A model generated the notes under the pieces. It did no database searches. It worked only from the letters and a program-made list of their open reading frames with translations, and was not told the origin of the DNA. This document shows, one piece after another, positions 16,980-26,328 of a stretch of DNA of 64,000 bases (positions are counted from its first letter, which is position 1; the number at the start of each line of letters is the position of its first letter). The translations under genes and the position numbers were made by a program. Source of the DNA: Candidatus Acidiferrales bacterium (lineage in GTDB: Bacteria > Acidobacteriota > Terriglobia > Acidiferrales > UBA7541); assembly GCA_035534035.1 (NCBI GenBank), contig DATLSS010000025.1, positions 4,054 through 68,053 of the forward strand. The letters are read 5' to 3'.

Positions 16980-19828
16980 GGCCGGGTCTTCTTTTTGGCG
17001 TACTGCTTAAGTAACCCTGCGAATTCCGGATTTTTCTGTAGGTTTCCCAGATCGGGCTCTCCCGCTGCAAATTCCACCGGAAAGTGCTTTTCGAACGCCT
17101 CTCGAAGCGCCTTCAATGCGTCCGCCGGCCGGTTTAGGATGGCATCGACTTCCGCTTCAAAATAAATGTAGTTCACATTGCTCTTGTCGATGCTTCTCGC
17201 GCGCCGGATGAAATTATCCGCTTGCTGCGCTTCACCGATCTTTGCGTAGGAGAGCGCCATTTGAGCCATCGCTGACGCACTCTGCGGATTGATCTCCAAC
17301 TCCTTATATCCCAGCGAAATGGCCTGCTGATAGGAAGCTCGCGCTTTATCTTGCTGTCCGGACCACCGGTACGCATCCGCCAGATTCACCACCGCCTGCG
17401 CGTCGTTCGGATTCAGCGCTACCGCTTTCTCGAACATTCCCGCGGAGTCGCGATACTGCTTCAAGTAAAAGTAGGCCATTCCGAGATTTGAATATGTCGT
17501 CCAATAAGGCTCGATTTGAAGCGCGTGCTGAAAATAGGGAATACACTCCTGATACTTGCCTTCTTGGAGATACACGTTTCCCATATTCTCGTACCCGGCG
17601 TCGATGTCCGGTTCGAGCACCGTGACCTGCCGGAAAGACTCCAGAGCCTTCGCGTAGTCTCCTAATTGAAAATACGCACCGCCGAGTCCCTCCTGATTGC
17701 CCCAATAGTAGGGATTGAGCAGAATTGCTTTTTGAAACGCCGCAATGGCCTGCGCTCCATTGCCGCTAAGCAAGTAAGCGTCTCCTAATCGCCGATAGGC
17801 TTCATCCGATGAGGGCGCCAGTGTCAGGGCGCGCCTCAGTTCGGCGACAGCCTCCGCATATTTGCCCGTCGCATTGTAAACGCTGCCCAGCGTCGTGTGA
17901 ACCTCAGGCAGTTTGTCGTTTAACTGGTCAGCTTGCTGCGCCGCAGCGAGAGCCTTCTGCGTCCAGAAACTGTCCTTTTTGATTACGTACATCCGCAGGC
18001 TGGCGTCCGCTATTCCGGAGTAGGCCAGCGCGAATGACCCATCCTGTTTCAGTGCTTGGCTGAAATAGTTAAGGCCCGCCTCAATACTCTTGCTGTCGTG
18101 GCCCCGCAACGCATTGCGGCCGCGCAAATAGAGATCGTACGCGGCAACGTTATCCGTCGGCCGCGCCTCGGCCTTCGCAAGCTCCTCATTGGTTGGATTC
18201 ACGTTGAGCGCGGAGACCAACTGGTTGTAAATCTGGTCTTCGAGCGTGAACAAATCGCCGGTCACACCATTGAATTCCTTGCTCCACAGCTGCTTCCCGT
18301 CAGCCACATCTTCCAGATTCACATCAATCCGGATTTTATCTCCCGAGCCTTGCAGCATTCCCTGCACCAGCAGGTTTGCGCCCAGCGCTCGAGCGATCTT
18401 CGGCAACGACTGTTTTTGATTGGCCTTTCCCGCCTCGTCCGGCGACGTGACGCGAATATCCTTTAACTGAAATAGTTTCGCCGAAAGCGCTTCTTCTATT
18501 CCTTGCGCCACATAGCCCAATTGCGACTGGTCTCCCACGATTTGTAGCGGCAGCACCGCCACGAATCGCCCGCTCGAAAGCGGTGGCACTCCCTGGGGCG
18601 GCGCCGATCCTGAACTTCCGGGCCGGTTTGGGAAAATCATGTGACGCACTGCCGGTATCGCGACCATCGCAATGAGAATCGCCATCACACCTGCCGCCGC
18701 GTACCACCACCGCTTGCCCACTTCCGGCAGCGCAATCTGCACGCTCCGGCCGGCGGGAGTCGCCCGGCCTGACTGCAGGTCCGCCAAAATTTCCTTGGCG
18801 CTCGGATATCTCCGCGCCGGATCCCGCTCCAGACATCGCAAAATCACCCGCGTCAAATTGTCGGGCAATTCAGGATTCACTTGCTTCGGGTTCGGCGGCT
18901 TTTCCTTCACGCGCCGATACATGATCTGCAGCGTCGAATCGCCTTTGAACGCCTCTTCGCCCGTGACCATCTCGTATAGAATCAATCCCAGCGCGTACAG
19001 ATCCGTGCGATTGTCCACCGGTTTTGCTTCGACCTGTTCGGGAGCCATGTATTTTGGCGTTCCCAAATATTGCCCGGCGCGCGTCATTCCGGACGTGCTT
19101 GATTCGAGCGACTTCGCAAGGCCGAAATCCGAAACGTAAACGTGGTCATTCTTGCCCATCAGAACGTTTTGCGGTTTCAAATCGCGATGTACCACGCCTT
19201 CGGAATGCGCCGCATCCAGCGCTTCGCAAAGCTGTTCGGCGATTTTCTGTGCCCGCTCCGTGGGCAGCTTGCCTTCCTCGCGCAGCAGGTGATGCAGGTC
19301 CTTTCCCTCCACATAGGCCATCGAAATGAACTTCACGCCGTCGGCTTCGCCCAGGTCATGAATGCGCAGGATGTGCTTGTGGGAGATACGGCTCGCTAGC
19401 AGCAACTCTTGCTTGAAGCGCTGCATCGCATTCGCGTCCGTGGTTAATTCCGGTTGCAGCACCTTAAGCGCGACCGTGCGGTCCAGCTCTTTGTCATAGG
19501 CCTTGTAGACCCGGCCCATGCCGCCCTGCCCCAGCAGCCCCTCAATGCGGTAACGTTCCCCAAGTTCGTTGCCTGGCTCCAACACGCCGTAAACGCCAAC
19601 CGAAGAACGAGGACCGGTCCGGGATGCCGCAGCCGATCCACGCGCACTGGAAGCGGCTCGCGAGGGGCTCTTTGGCGTCGGTGAACTGCCTTCTTTTTCT
19701 GACCCAAACGTCGGCATCGACGAATCCAGCGTCTCGTCCGCGTCGATTTGCAAATCGAACGAAGAGCCACACTTCGTGCACGCGGAAATTTCGTCGGCAT
19801 TTTCTGTCCGGCAATGGGGACAGATCAT
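16976..19828 (-). CDS. Ser/Thr protein kinase with N-terminal zinc ribbon, one TM helix and a periplasmic TPR-repeat region
   Basis: Has CPHC...CTKC, Hanks kinase motifs (VALKVL, HRDLKPQNVL, DFGLAK, APE), the TM helix WWYAAAGVMAILIAMVAIPAV, and about 10 C-terminal TPR repeats. Confidence 0.88.
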   Translation of the reverse strand: MICPHCRTENADEISACTKCGSSFDLQIDADETLDSSMPTFGSEKEGSSPTPKSPSRAASSARGSAAASRTGPRSSVGVYGVLEPGNELGERYRIEGLLGQGGMGRVYKAYDKELDRTVALKVLQPELTTDANAMQRFKQELLLASRISHKHILRIHDLGEADGVKFISMAYVEGKDLHHLLREEGKLPTERAQKIAEQLCEALDAAHSEGVVHRDLKPQNVLMGKNDHVYVSDFGLAKSLESSTSGMTRAGQYLGTPKYMAPEQVEAKPVDNRTDLYALGLILYEMVTGEEAFKGDSTLQIMYRRVKEKPPNPKQVNPELPDNLTRVILRCLERDPARRYPSAKEILADLQSGRATPAGRSVQIALPEVGKRWWYAAAGVMAILIAMVAIPAVRHMIFPNRPGSSGSAPPQGVPPLSSGRFVAVLPLQIVGDQSQLGYVAQGIEEALSAKLFQLKDIRVTSPDEAGKANQKQSLPKIARALGANLLVQGMLQGSGDKIRIDVNLEDVADGKQLWSKEFNGVTGDLFTLEDQIYNQLVSALNVNPTNEELAKAEARPTDNVAAYDLYLRGRNALRGHDSKSIEAGLNYFSQALKQDGSFALAYSGIADASLRMYVIKKDSFWTQKALAAAQQADQLNDKLPEVHTTLGSVYNATGKYAEAVAELRRALTLAPSSDEAYRRLGDAYLLSGNGAQAIAAFQKAILLNPYYWGNQEGLGGAYFQLGDYAKALESFRQVTVLEPDIDAGYENMGNVYLQEGKYQECIPYFQHALQIEPYWTTYSNLGMAYFYLKQYRDSAGMFEKAVALNPNDAQAVVNLADAYRWSGQQDKARASYQQAISLGYKELEINPQSASAMAQMALSYAKIGEAQQADNFIRRARSIDKSNVNYIYFEAEVDAILNRPADALKALREAFEKHFPVEFAAGEPDLGNLQKNPEFAGLLKQYAKKKTRP

Positions 19829-20103
19829 GAATTGACCCGCTCTTTCCTGTGGCTCGTAAGGGTTTCGAGATTATGACCCAGCTCCTCGGCCGCCGCAAGC
19901 AACCTGATGTTTATCCGCGCGGCCGGTGCTGTGGCGCGCGTCCGCTGGCTCAGTCTGTCGGCCGGTCTGACGTTATGGGCTTTGGGCATTTGAAAATCGA
20001 ACGGAAATCCGATAGTAATAGTGAAGTATTGGCGAATGCGGTTTTTTCAACAACGCCAGCCGGTGCTGAATCGACGATCGCAACACCGCGTTTCCGCATC
20101 TAA

Positions 20104-20964
20104 GTGAGGGAAATGACTAAGCAGCGACTGCTGACGGATTCGGTTCTTTCAGCGCTGGTGGTTTTTGTGAGCATTCTTGCGGCCAGCTCCGCGCTGGCGC
20201 AAACCGCTGGCCCCATCAAGCCTCCGCCGGACTTCAAGGTGAAGAGCCTGCCTGCTAAACCCAATCCCGGCGCGCCTCCGCTTCCCGCCGACGAAATCAT
20301 TCATCGCTTCACCCAAAATGAAGATCTGATCAAGAAAGCTTACGAAGCGGGCACGATCGATCAGACGATCAAAGTGGAAGAGCTCGCGAACCAGGGCGGC
20401 GAGTTTACATTCACCGGTCTGGAATACGCCAAGCCCGACGGCCAGCGCTACGAGCGCGTCGTCAAGCCTCCGGTGTCCACTTTGCACTTCACCGAATTTT
20501 CACTCGAGGATGTGAAAACCCTGGCCGGCTTTCCGCTTTTCTTCCTGACGACCGGCCAGCTGGCCCTCTATAAACTTTCCTACGAAGGTCAGGAAAAACT
20601 CGATCAACTGAATACGTTCATTTTTCGCGTTCAGCCGAAAACACTCGGCCACAAGCCGCTATTCGATGGCGTCATCTGGATCGACAATCAGGATTTCGCC
20701 ATCGTCAAAAGTTACGGCCAATTCGTCACCGACGCCGGCAACGCCCCCAACGGATTCCCATTTAGCATGTTTGAGACCTATCGCGAAAATCTCGTCGGCC
20801 ATCTGTGGTTTCCCACGTATATTCGCTCCGATGGCGACGTGAAAACTCCGAAGGGCGACGTACCGATTCGCCTGGTTGTCCGCTCCACGGATTTCAAAGC
20901 GCAGGCGTCGTCCGTTCCATTGCCGGTCCCGCCAAAGCTCGCTAAGCAGCCCGCGCAAAATTAA
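20104..20964 (+). CDS. Exported hypothetical protein, possibly with a LolA-like (outer-membrane lipoprotein-sorting-like) fold
   Basis: Has a signal peptide (...VVFVSILAASSALAQ). The beta-rich C-terminal part (FIFRVQPK...FDGVIWIDNQDFAIVKSYG...LWFPTYIRSD) is reminiscent of LolA_like proteins. The start may be ATG 20113. Confidence 0.45.
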   Translation: MREMTKQRLLTDSVLSALVVFVSILAASSALAQTAGPIKPPPDFKVKSLPAKPNPGAPPLPADEIIHRFTQNEDLIKKAYEAGTIDQTIKVEELANQGGEFTFTGLEYAKPDGQRYERVVKPPVSTLHFTEFSLEDVKTLAGFPLFFLTTGQLALYKLSYEGQEKLDQLNTFIFRVQPKTLGHKPLFDGVIWIDNQDFAIVKSYGQFVTDAGNAPNGFPFSMFETYRENLVGHLWFPTYIRSDGDVKTPKGDVPIRLVVRSTDFKAQASSVPLPVPPKLAKQPAQN

Positions 20965-21626
20965 TCACGTTCGGCGGTTTTTGCCGGCACGATCACGCCG
21001 GGCAAATCCAAGATCGATTCAAGAAGCACATCCGGCCGCGCCGCCCGCATTCGCCGCGCGCTGGGGAACGGCCCGATGACGCCAATCGAGCGCACTCGGG
21101 CCCGCCGAGCCATTTCTACATCTTCCGGAGCGTCCCCCACATAAACGCAATCGTGCGCCCTGAGTTTCATGCTGCGCATTGCGCATCTGAGCGGTGCGGG
21201 ATGCGGTTTGCGGCGCGGCGCATCTTCGGCGCAAATGCATATGCCAAAAAGCGCGGTGAATTCAAATTGATTCAACTGCCGCCGCACGCGTTTTGCATCG
21301 CCGCTCGTCACCAGCCCCATCACAAAATCGCGCCGCAGCTTCGCAAGCATTTTTCGCACGCCGGGCAGCAGTCTCGGATTTTCCTTCTGATACGCGCGGC
21401 CCCAGAGCTTGTCGGCCAGCCCCCACTTGTCGCGGGGAATTCGCGCGGCTTCGTACACTCGATACCAATCGGGAGAATAATGCCGCGCCAAATCGCGCGC
21501 GGTCCAGGGTATCTCGAGCGCGCGAAACATCGCCTCGTACGCCCGGGCATCCGCGCGAAAGGAATCGAGCAGTGTTCCATCCCAATCGAACAGGATCGCG
21601 CGCGCGCAAATACGCTGTGGCTTCAC
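20961..21626 (-). CDS. HAD-superfamily hydrolase (phosphoglycolate-phosphatase-like)
   Basis: Has HAD motif I (ILFDWDGTLLDS), motif II (VTSG) and motif III/IV (K...VYVGDAPEDVEMA). Confidence 0.75.
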   Translation of the reverse strand: MKPQRICARAILFDWDGTLLDSFRADARAYEAMFRALEIPWTARDLARHYSPDWYRVYEAARIPRDKWGLADKLWGRAYQKENPRLLPGVRKMLAKLRRDFVMGLVTSGDAKRVRRQLNQFEFTALFGICICAEDAPRRKPHPAPLRCAMRSMKLRAHDCVYVGDAPEDVEMARRARVRSIGVIGPFPSARRMRAARPDVLLESILDLPGVIVPAKTAERD

Positions 21627-21662
21627 CTAGGGAGAGAATCGCAGGAAATTCGTGCCGAACTT

Positions 21663-22139
21663 TTAGTGCGCCTCGTAGGCCAGCGGAATCCGGTCGTCGC
21701 GTTGAAAATCGATATCGTCAAACGACGCCGCAAATCCGTTCCATCCAGGGACTTCGCAGAGGTCGATGCGCACCACGTGCGCCGCTGTGCGCAATCGCAC
21801 GCTGCCGCGGCCCTGCGGGCGTTCCACCAGCGCCACTTCCAACTCAATCGCGGTGCCCGGCTCAATCACTCGCGGAGCCAAAAAATAAATTCCCGTCGAG
21901 CTTATGTTTTTTGTCACCAGAGTCACAGGCAGCGCCTCCGCGCGCCCGCCGATGCTGGTCAATTGCAGCGGCAAACAGAGGCAGGCCCTGGGACAGCGGC
22001 GCCGGTCTTCGGCCACACCAATGGCGTGCGTCGGGACGCGCATGAATTTTCGGGCTTGCGGGATTTCGTGAGTATTTTCTGCGGGAGATGGAACCGGGCC
22101 GGACGACAACTGTCGCTTCAGTTTTGAAATCGCCCCCAT
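21663..22139 (-). CDS. PilZ-domain protein (putative c-di-GMP receptor)
   Basis: Has RRCPR (RxxxR) followed by NISSTG (N-x-S-x-x-G). I prefer ATG 22139, which is preceded by GGGGGGG 6 nt upstream. The longest ORF (22358) adds a non-protein-like N-terminus. Confidence 0.65.
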   Translation of the reverse strand: MGAISKLKRQLSSGPVPSPAENTHEIPQARKFMRVPTHAIGVAEDRRRCPRACLCLPLQLTSIGGRAEALPVTLVTKNISSTGIYFLAPRVIEPGTAIELEVALVERPQGRGSVRLRTAAHVVRIDLCEVPGWNGFAASFDDIDFQRDDRIPLAYEAH

Positions 22140-22395
22140 CAATGACCCCCCCAAGCCAGCAGTTGCTTTTGCTGGGTAAGGCAATATGCATCGGCCAGCC
22201 ACGAGCGTCAACACTGTCAATAGGCCCCGTGTCCTGTAGTTCAACAATAGCACCCTACGCTCGATCGCGCCGGATGGCCTTGCCCGGCGTCCCGCTTTGA
22301 ATGCAAGAATCGGATAGATATCGCCGCGCGACTGGACTATTTTTATCTCCGCATTCAATATCGTAGGAGCTCAAACAAAGCTCGCGAATCTGAAA

Positions 22396-23514
22396 ATGGC
22401 ACAAGTGCACAAAACGAATCGCATCGACATTCCCGGTTACTGGCGCGCCGTGCAAACGCGCCGCTCCGCCGCCGACGGCACATTCGTCTACGCCGTGCGC
22501 TCAACGAAAATTTATTGCCGCCCTTCGTGCCCGTCGAAGCGCCCGCATCGCGATCGCGTTGTTTTTTTTCACCTGCCCGCGGACGCCGAACGCGCCGGAT
22601 ACCGCCCGTGCCGCCGCTGCCGACCGCAACTCGCGTCATTCTCGCAAAACGGAAGCGTCGCCGCGCGCCAGGTGCTCGAAATTTGCCGCGGCATCGAACA
22701 GGCGCTCGCCTCCGATCCCGAGAAAAAACTCACGCTTCGCGAACTCGGCCGCGCGTTCCAACTGAGCGCGCACAAAATGGAGCGCCTGTTCCAAAAAACT
22801 CTCGGCATCACGCCAAAGCAATTCACGGACGCGCAACGCATGGCACAACTGAAATCGCAGCTTCGCAAAGGAGACAAAGTGACCACCGCAATGTACGACG
22901 CAGGCTACGGCTCCAGCAGTCGCCTCTACGAACGCGCCCCCGCGCAAATGGGCATGACTCCGGCCACCTACCGCCGCGGAGGCGCCGGCATGCTCATCCA
23001 TTACACGATCGTCCCATGCCCGCTCGGACGCATCCTCGTCGCCGCCACGCGACGCGGCGTCAGCGCCGTCTATCTTGGCAATTCCGACGCCCGCTCGGAC
23101 GCGCGCCTGGAAGACGCTCTTGCGCAGGAATACCCGCAAGCCGAAATCCATCGCGACTCAAAGGATCTGGGCCAGTGGGTCCGCGAAATCCTCCGCCACC
23201 TGCGCGGCCAGGAGCCGCATATCGACCTGCCTCTCGACGTGCAGGCCACCGCCTTCCAGCGCCGCGTCTGGGACGAGCTTCGCCGCATCCCCTATGGCGC
23301 CACGCGCTCTTACACGGAGGTCGCCCGCGCCATCGGCAAGCCCAGAGCGATTCGCGCCGTCGCTCGCGCCTGCGCCACGAATCCTGTTTCGATCGTCGTT
23401 CCTTGCCATCGCGTCGTCCGCCAGGACGGCAACCTGGCCGGCTACCGCTGGGGCCTGGAACGCAAGAACGCTTTGCTCAAGCAGGAAAGACACCTCGCCC
23501 GCGCCGCAAAGTAG
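22396..23514 (+). CDS. ada: Ada: methylphosphotriester-DNA methyltransferase / AraC-type regulator / O6-methylguanine-DNA methyltransferase fusion
   Basis: Has an N-terminal Cys4 zinc domain (CRPSCPSKRP...CRRC), an AraC HTH in the middle, and a C-terminal MGMT domain with the PCHRVV active site. Confidence 0.88.
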   Translation: MAQVHKTNRIDIPGYWRAVQTRRSAADGTFVYAVRSTKIYCRPSCPSKRPHRDRVVFFHLPADAERAGYRPCRRCRPQLASFSQNGSVAARQVLEICRGIEQALASDPEKKLTLRELGRAFQLSAHKMERLFQKTLGITPKQFTDAQRMAQLKSQLRKGDKVTTAMYDAGYGSSSRLYERAPAQMGMTPATYRRGGAGMLIHYTIVPCPLGRILVAATRRGVSAVYLGNSDARSDARLEDALAQEYPQAEIHRDSKDLGQWVREILRHLRGQEPHIDLPLDVQATAFQRRVWDELRRIPYGATRSYTEVARAIGKPRAIRAVARACATNPVSIVVPCHRVVRQDGNLAGYRWGLERKNALLKQERHLARAAK

Positions 23515-24258
23515 CGCTTCTGCCTCGCCGCCTTTACGGGTGCCTCGACCAATGCGCTTCGCTTGGACTCCTGATTGGTGGGCTCGACAATGTTTCGACT
23601 TCGGTCTTCAAGAGCGACTCGCTCACTGTTGAAGCTGTCTGTGGTTAGGCCGTATTTGATTGACCACCCGTGAGCGCAAGCCTCGCCTTCAGGGCGGGGT
23701 AAGCGATTGCTTTGGGTGTTTTTTGTTGCATCATCGAGACTCCTTAATCGGACTACCGCGGGGCACGCGGAAAGTAACGCGCTTGGAGATACGAGCCGCT
23801 GAAGGTAAGGCGCTCGGCCGGCGAACCCCCCGAAGCCATCTCGCAAAACCAGCGAGAGGCAGTAGGAATCCTCTCCCTTAAGGGAGAGGAGGATGTCAAG
23901 ACGAGAGGATTGCCCGAAAGTCGGAACTGCCGGGGCTCATACCGATGGCCTCGGCAGTTTCTATGGGCGCCAGAGGCTGTAGCACACAGCAAGCCCTCTT
24001 GTCCCATGGGCAAGACCGTGCCAACGGGATAATTCCTGGCGTTCAACGTGAACCATCGCAGAATCTGCCATTTGATTGCCATTTGATTGTCGCGAAGAAG
24101 GTTCGCTGCACGCGCAGCCATATTGAAAGATCTTTGGTCGCTTTACATTTTTCTTGGTCGGTTGATGAAATCCTGTCTCGACCTCCAGCGGCGGTCTTCG
24201 CCACCCACAATTTCTCGGAAGAGGATTGGTTTAGGGGAGCTTTGGTAGAAAACGAGGA

Positions 24259-24990
24259 TTACGCGGCGGGGCGGATTTTTTGCGTACCTTTGGGCCAGCG
24301 CGGCTTGAAGCGCGAGTCGGGAATGCGCGCGTTACGCGAAATGTTGGAGTAGCGGACGATGAAATAATCGTCCGTGCCCGTTTCGAAGAATTTCTGCTGA
24401 ATCGGCTCCCACGAAGATTCGTCCAGCCACAGATGAATTTTCGAGACTTGGTTGCGCACCTGCGCCGACTTTGGCGTCAGCTCCAGCAACGCCGTCTTGT
24501 GATGATCGAGCACCGGCTCGCCGAGCAGCGTGATCAGAAATCCTTTTCGCAATTCGTGGCCGGAAGAGCCGAATCCCAGCAGCAGGAACTGGTCCACGAG
24601 TTCGCGATGCTTTCCCAGGTTGTATTCTTCCACGCGCTGCAATCCGGGATTGTAAATATAAAGTGTGTCGCCCGCGCGCAAAATCGTCCGTGGGTCCGGA
24701 GTTTTCACTTCCAGGCGCATTTTGTCGCCGTGGACCCAAATCTCGCCAGTCTCGGTGGACTTCACGTTGACGACAACGGTGAACTTGGTCCGCTCGATGT
24801 CGGCGGTAAGGCTGTGAAAATCCTTTGCTTCGGTATCGAGCTCGCGCAACACGGCATCGAGTGGCATCGCGGTATGTGCCTGCGGGCGCGCCGATCGACC
24901 GGCGGGCGCAAGAGCCACGGTGGGGGACGTCCCAGCGATGGCGAGCGCGGCCGCGAAAAAGATCCACGCGCATCTGCGAAGCGAAAGCAT
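24259..24990 (-). CDS. LolA-like periplasmic lipoprotein-carrier protein
   Basis: ATG 24990 gives the signal peptide MLSLRRCAWIFFAAALAIAG. The body resembles LolA (F.A...R......V.S.E.G.IWV.GDKMRLE...P.....AGDTLYIYNP..Q). Confidence 0.65.
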   Translation of the reverse strand: MLSLRRCAWIFFAAALAIAGTSPTVALAPAGRSARPQAHTAMPLDAVLRELDTEAKDFHSLTADIERTKFTVVVNVKSTETGEIWVHGDKMRLEVKTPDPRTILRAGDTLYIYNPGLQRVEEYNLGKHRELVDQFLLLGFGSSGHELRKGFLITLLGEPVLDHHKTALLELTPKSAQVRNQVSKIHLWLDESSWEPIQQKFFETGTDDYFIVRYSNISRNARIPDSRFKPRWPKGTQKIRPAA

Positions 24991-25126
24991 TGTCACCTGA
25001 AGTGTCGCCTGAAATTTCGGCAGCGCAACGTTTGCAATCATAGCATAGCGACGGGATTGCCACGCCAGGATCGCGCTTCTGTTGCGTATGTGTATGCGAA
25101 ACAGGAACGGGCAGGTTTCTAGTGCG

Positions 25127-25537
25127 CTAGTGTGTCACTTCGACTTGATAATACAGAATGGAATTATCCGCGCCGCGGATGGGTTCGATGCTGCGAATCT
25201 GAAACGTCTGCTCCTTCAATTCGTCCACGGATTGACTGAGAATTTCATGCGTCCTACGTTCGAGTGCCGGGCCCCTGTCTTTTTCCTGCGAAGCTGTCGA
25301 GGCGGGGAAAAGTTTCGAGTCGATGCGGTAGGTCTCCGTGCGCGCGGATTGATCCCGCGCGATGAGCATTACTCCGGAATCGCCCGCACCGTTCACTTGC
25401 GGCTCGTCATGAAACCATTTTCCCGGCGTGAACAGCACGAACAACACAATGAGAACCACCATCAAGTCGTAAGGCCAGCTTCCGCGCTCGTACGGCCAAA
25501 AAATCGTATTGACCAAGCCGCGCCACAGTTTCCGCAT
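25127..25537 (-). CDS. Small membrane-anchored hypothetical protein
   Basis: Has a single TM helix (WPYDLMVVLIVLFVLF). Its ATG lies 1 nt after the stop of the upstream ABC ATPase. Confidence 0.5.
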   Translation of the reverse strand: MRKLWRGLVNTIFWPYERGSWPYDLMVVLIVLFVLFTPGKWFHDEPQVNGAGDSGVMLIARDQSARTETYRIDSKLFPASTASQEKDRGPALERRTHEILSQSVDELKEQTFQIRSIEPIRGADNSILYYQVEVTH

Positions 25538-25538
25538 T

Positions 25539-26222
25539 TTAATTCGCGCTCGCGCCGTCGACCACCAGGCCGTCGCGCATGTGCAGCACGCGGTTTCCGT
25601 ACGCCGCCGCCTCGGGATTATGAGTGATCATCACAATCGTTTGTCCCAGATCTTTGTTCAGTTGGCGCAGCAGGCCCAAAACGTTTTCAGAATTTTTCGT
25701 GTCGAGATTCCCCGTAGGCTCATCCGCCAGCACGATTTTGGGTTCGTTAATAATGGCGCGCGCGATGGCGACGCGCTGCTGCTCTCCGCCGGAGAGTTCC
25801 GAAGGCCGGTGACTCAGCCGATCGGTCAGCCCGAGCATGCGCGTCACCACGTCGAAGCGGTGAGGGTCGAAACCATCACCGTGGATGTGTTGTGCGAGCG
25901 CGATGTTTCCCTTGGCGTTGAGTGTTGGCAGCAGATTAAAACGCTGGAAGACGAAGCCGACCTTGTGCCGCCGCAGCTGCGTGCGTCCTGCATCGCCGAG
26001 GGCGGCCAGATCGTTGCCATCGAGCAGCACCGTTCCACGCGTCGCCTGCGACAATCCGCCGATCACGTGCAGCAGCGTCGACTTGCCACATCCGGAAGGT
26101 CCCATCACGGAAACAAATTCACCCGGATACACGTCAACGTTGACGCCGCGCAGTGCCGCAACGTCCAGCCTTCCGGCGCGAAATATTTTCCAGAGATTCT
26201 CAGTTTTAAGTATCGGCTCCAA
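25539..26222 (-). CDS. ABC transporter ATP-binding protein (LolD/MacB-type)
   Basis: Has Walker [10 protein letters not shown], the signature [14 protein letters not shown] and Walker [10 protein letters not shown] prefer TTG 26222 (GGAG 5 nt upstream), which gives [14 protein letters not shown]. The alternative is ATG 26294, and the longest ORF (26408) runs into the permease gene. Confidence 0.85.
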   Translation of the reverse strand: MEPILKTENLWKIFRAGRLDVAALRGVNVDVYPGEFVSVMGPSGCGKSTLLHVIGGLSQATRGTVLLDGNDLAALGDAGRTQLRRHKVGFVFQRFNLLPTLNAKGNIALAQHIHGDGFDPHRFDVVTRMLGLTDRLSHRPSELSGGEQQRVAIARAIINEPKIVLADEPTGNLDTKNSENVLGLLRQLNKDLGQTIVMITHNPEAAAYGNRVLHMRDGLVVDGASAN

Positions 26223-26328
26223 CGCTGCTCCACGGCAGGAGATTTTTGCTTTTGTGGGTAAAGTTAATTCTATGCGCGAATCGCATATCTGCATAGCGGC
26301 ATCGCATGGGGGCAATTTATTCCGGGAA

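Noticed and set aside
21153-22127. 324-aa and 250-aa plus-strand ORFs over the HAD and PilZ genes.
   Set aside because: They are antisense to motif-bearing genes. The products are Arg/Pro/Ala-rich and typical of off-frame GC-rich sequence.
22340-22395. An Ada-box-like sequence (aaacaaagctcgcga) upstream of ada.
   Set aside because: It matches AAAGCGCA only imperfectly. It also sits within about 20 nt of the ATG, which is too close to serve as a -40/-50 activator site.
22515-23648. A 377-aa plus-strand ORF in an alternative frame of ada.
   Set aside because: The ada frame carries the Cys4, AraC HTH and PCHRVV motifs. The alternative frame is essentially poly-Arg/Pro.
23753-24121. A 122-aa minus-strand ORF inside the long convergent gap.
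   Set aside because: Its third-codon positions lack the G/C bias of the real genes here. It has no SD and no recognisable motif, and it is crossed by several perfect hairpins. I treat the region as non-coding (see findings).
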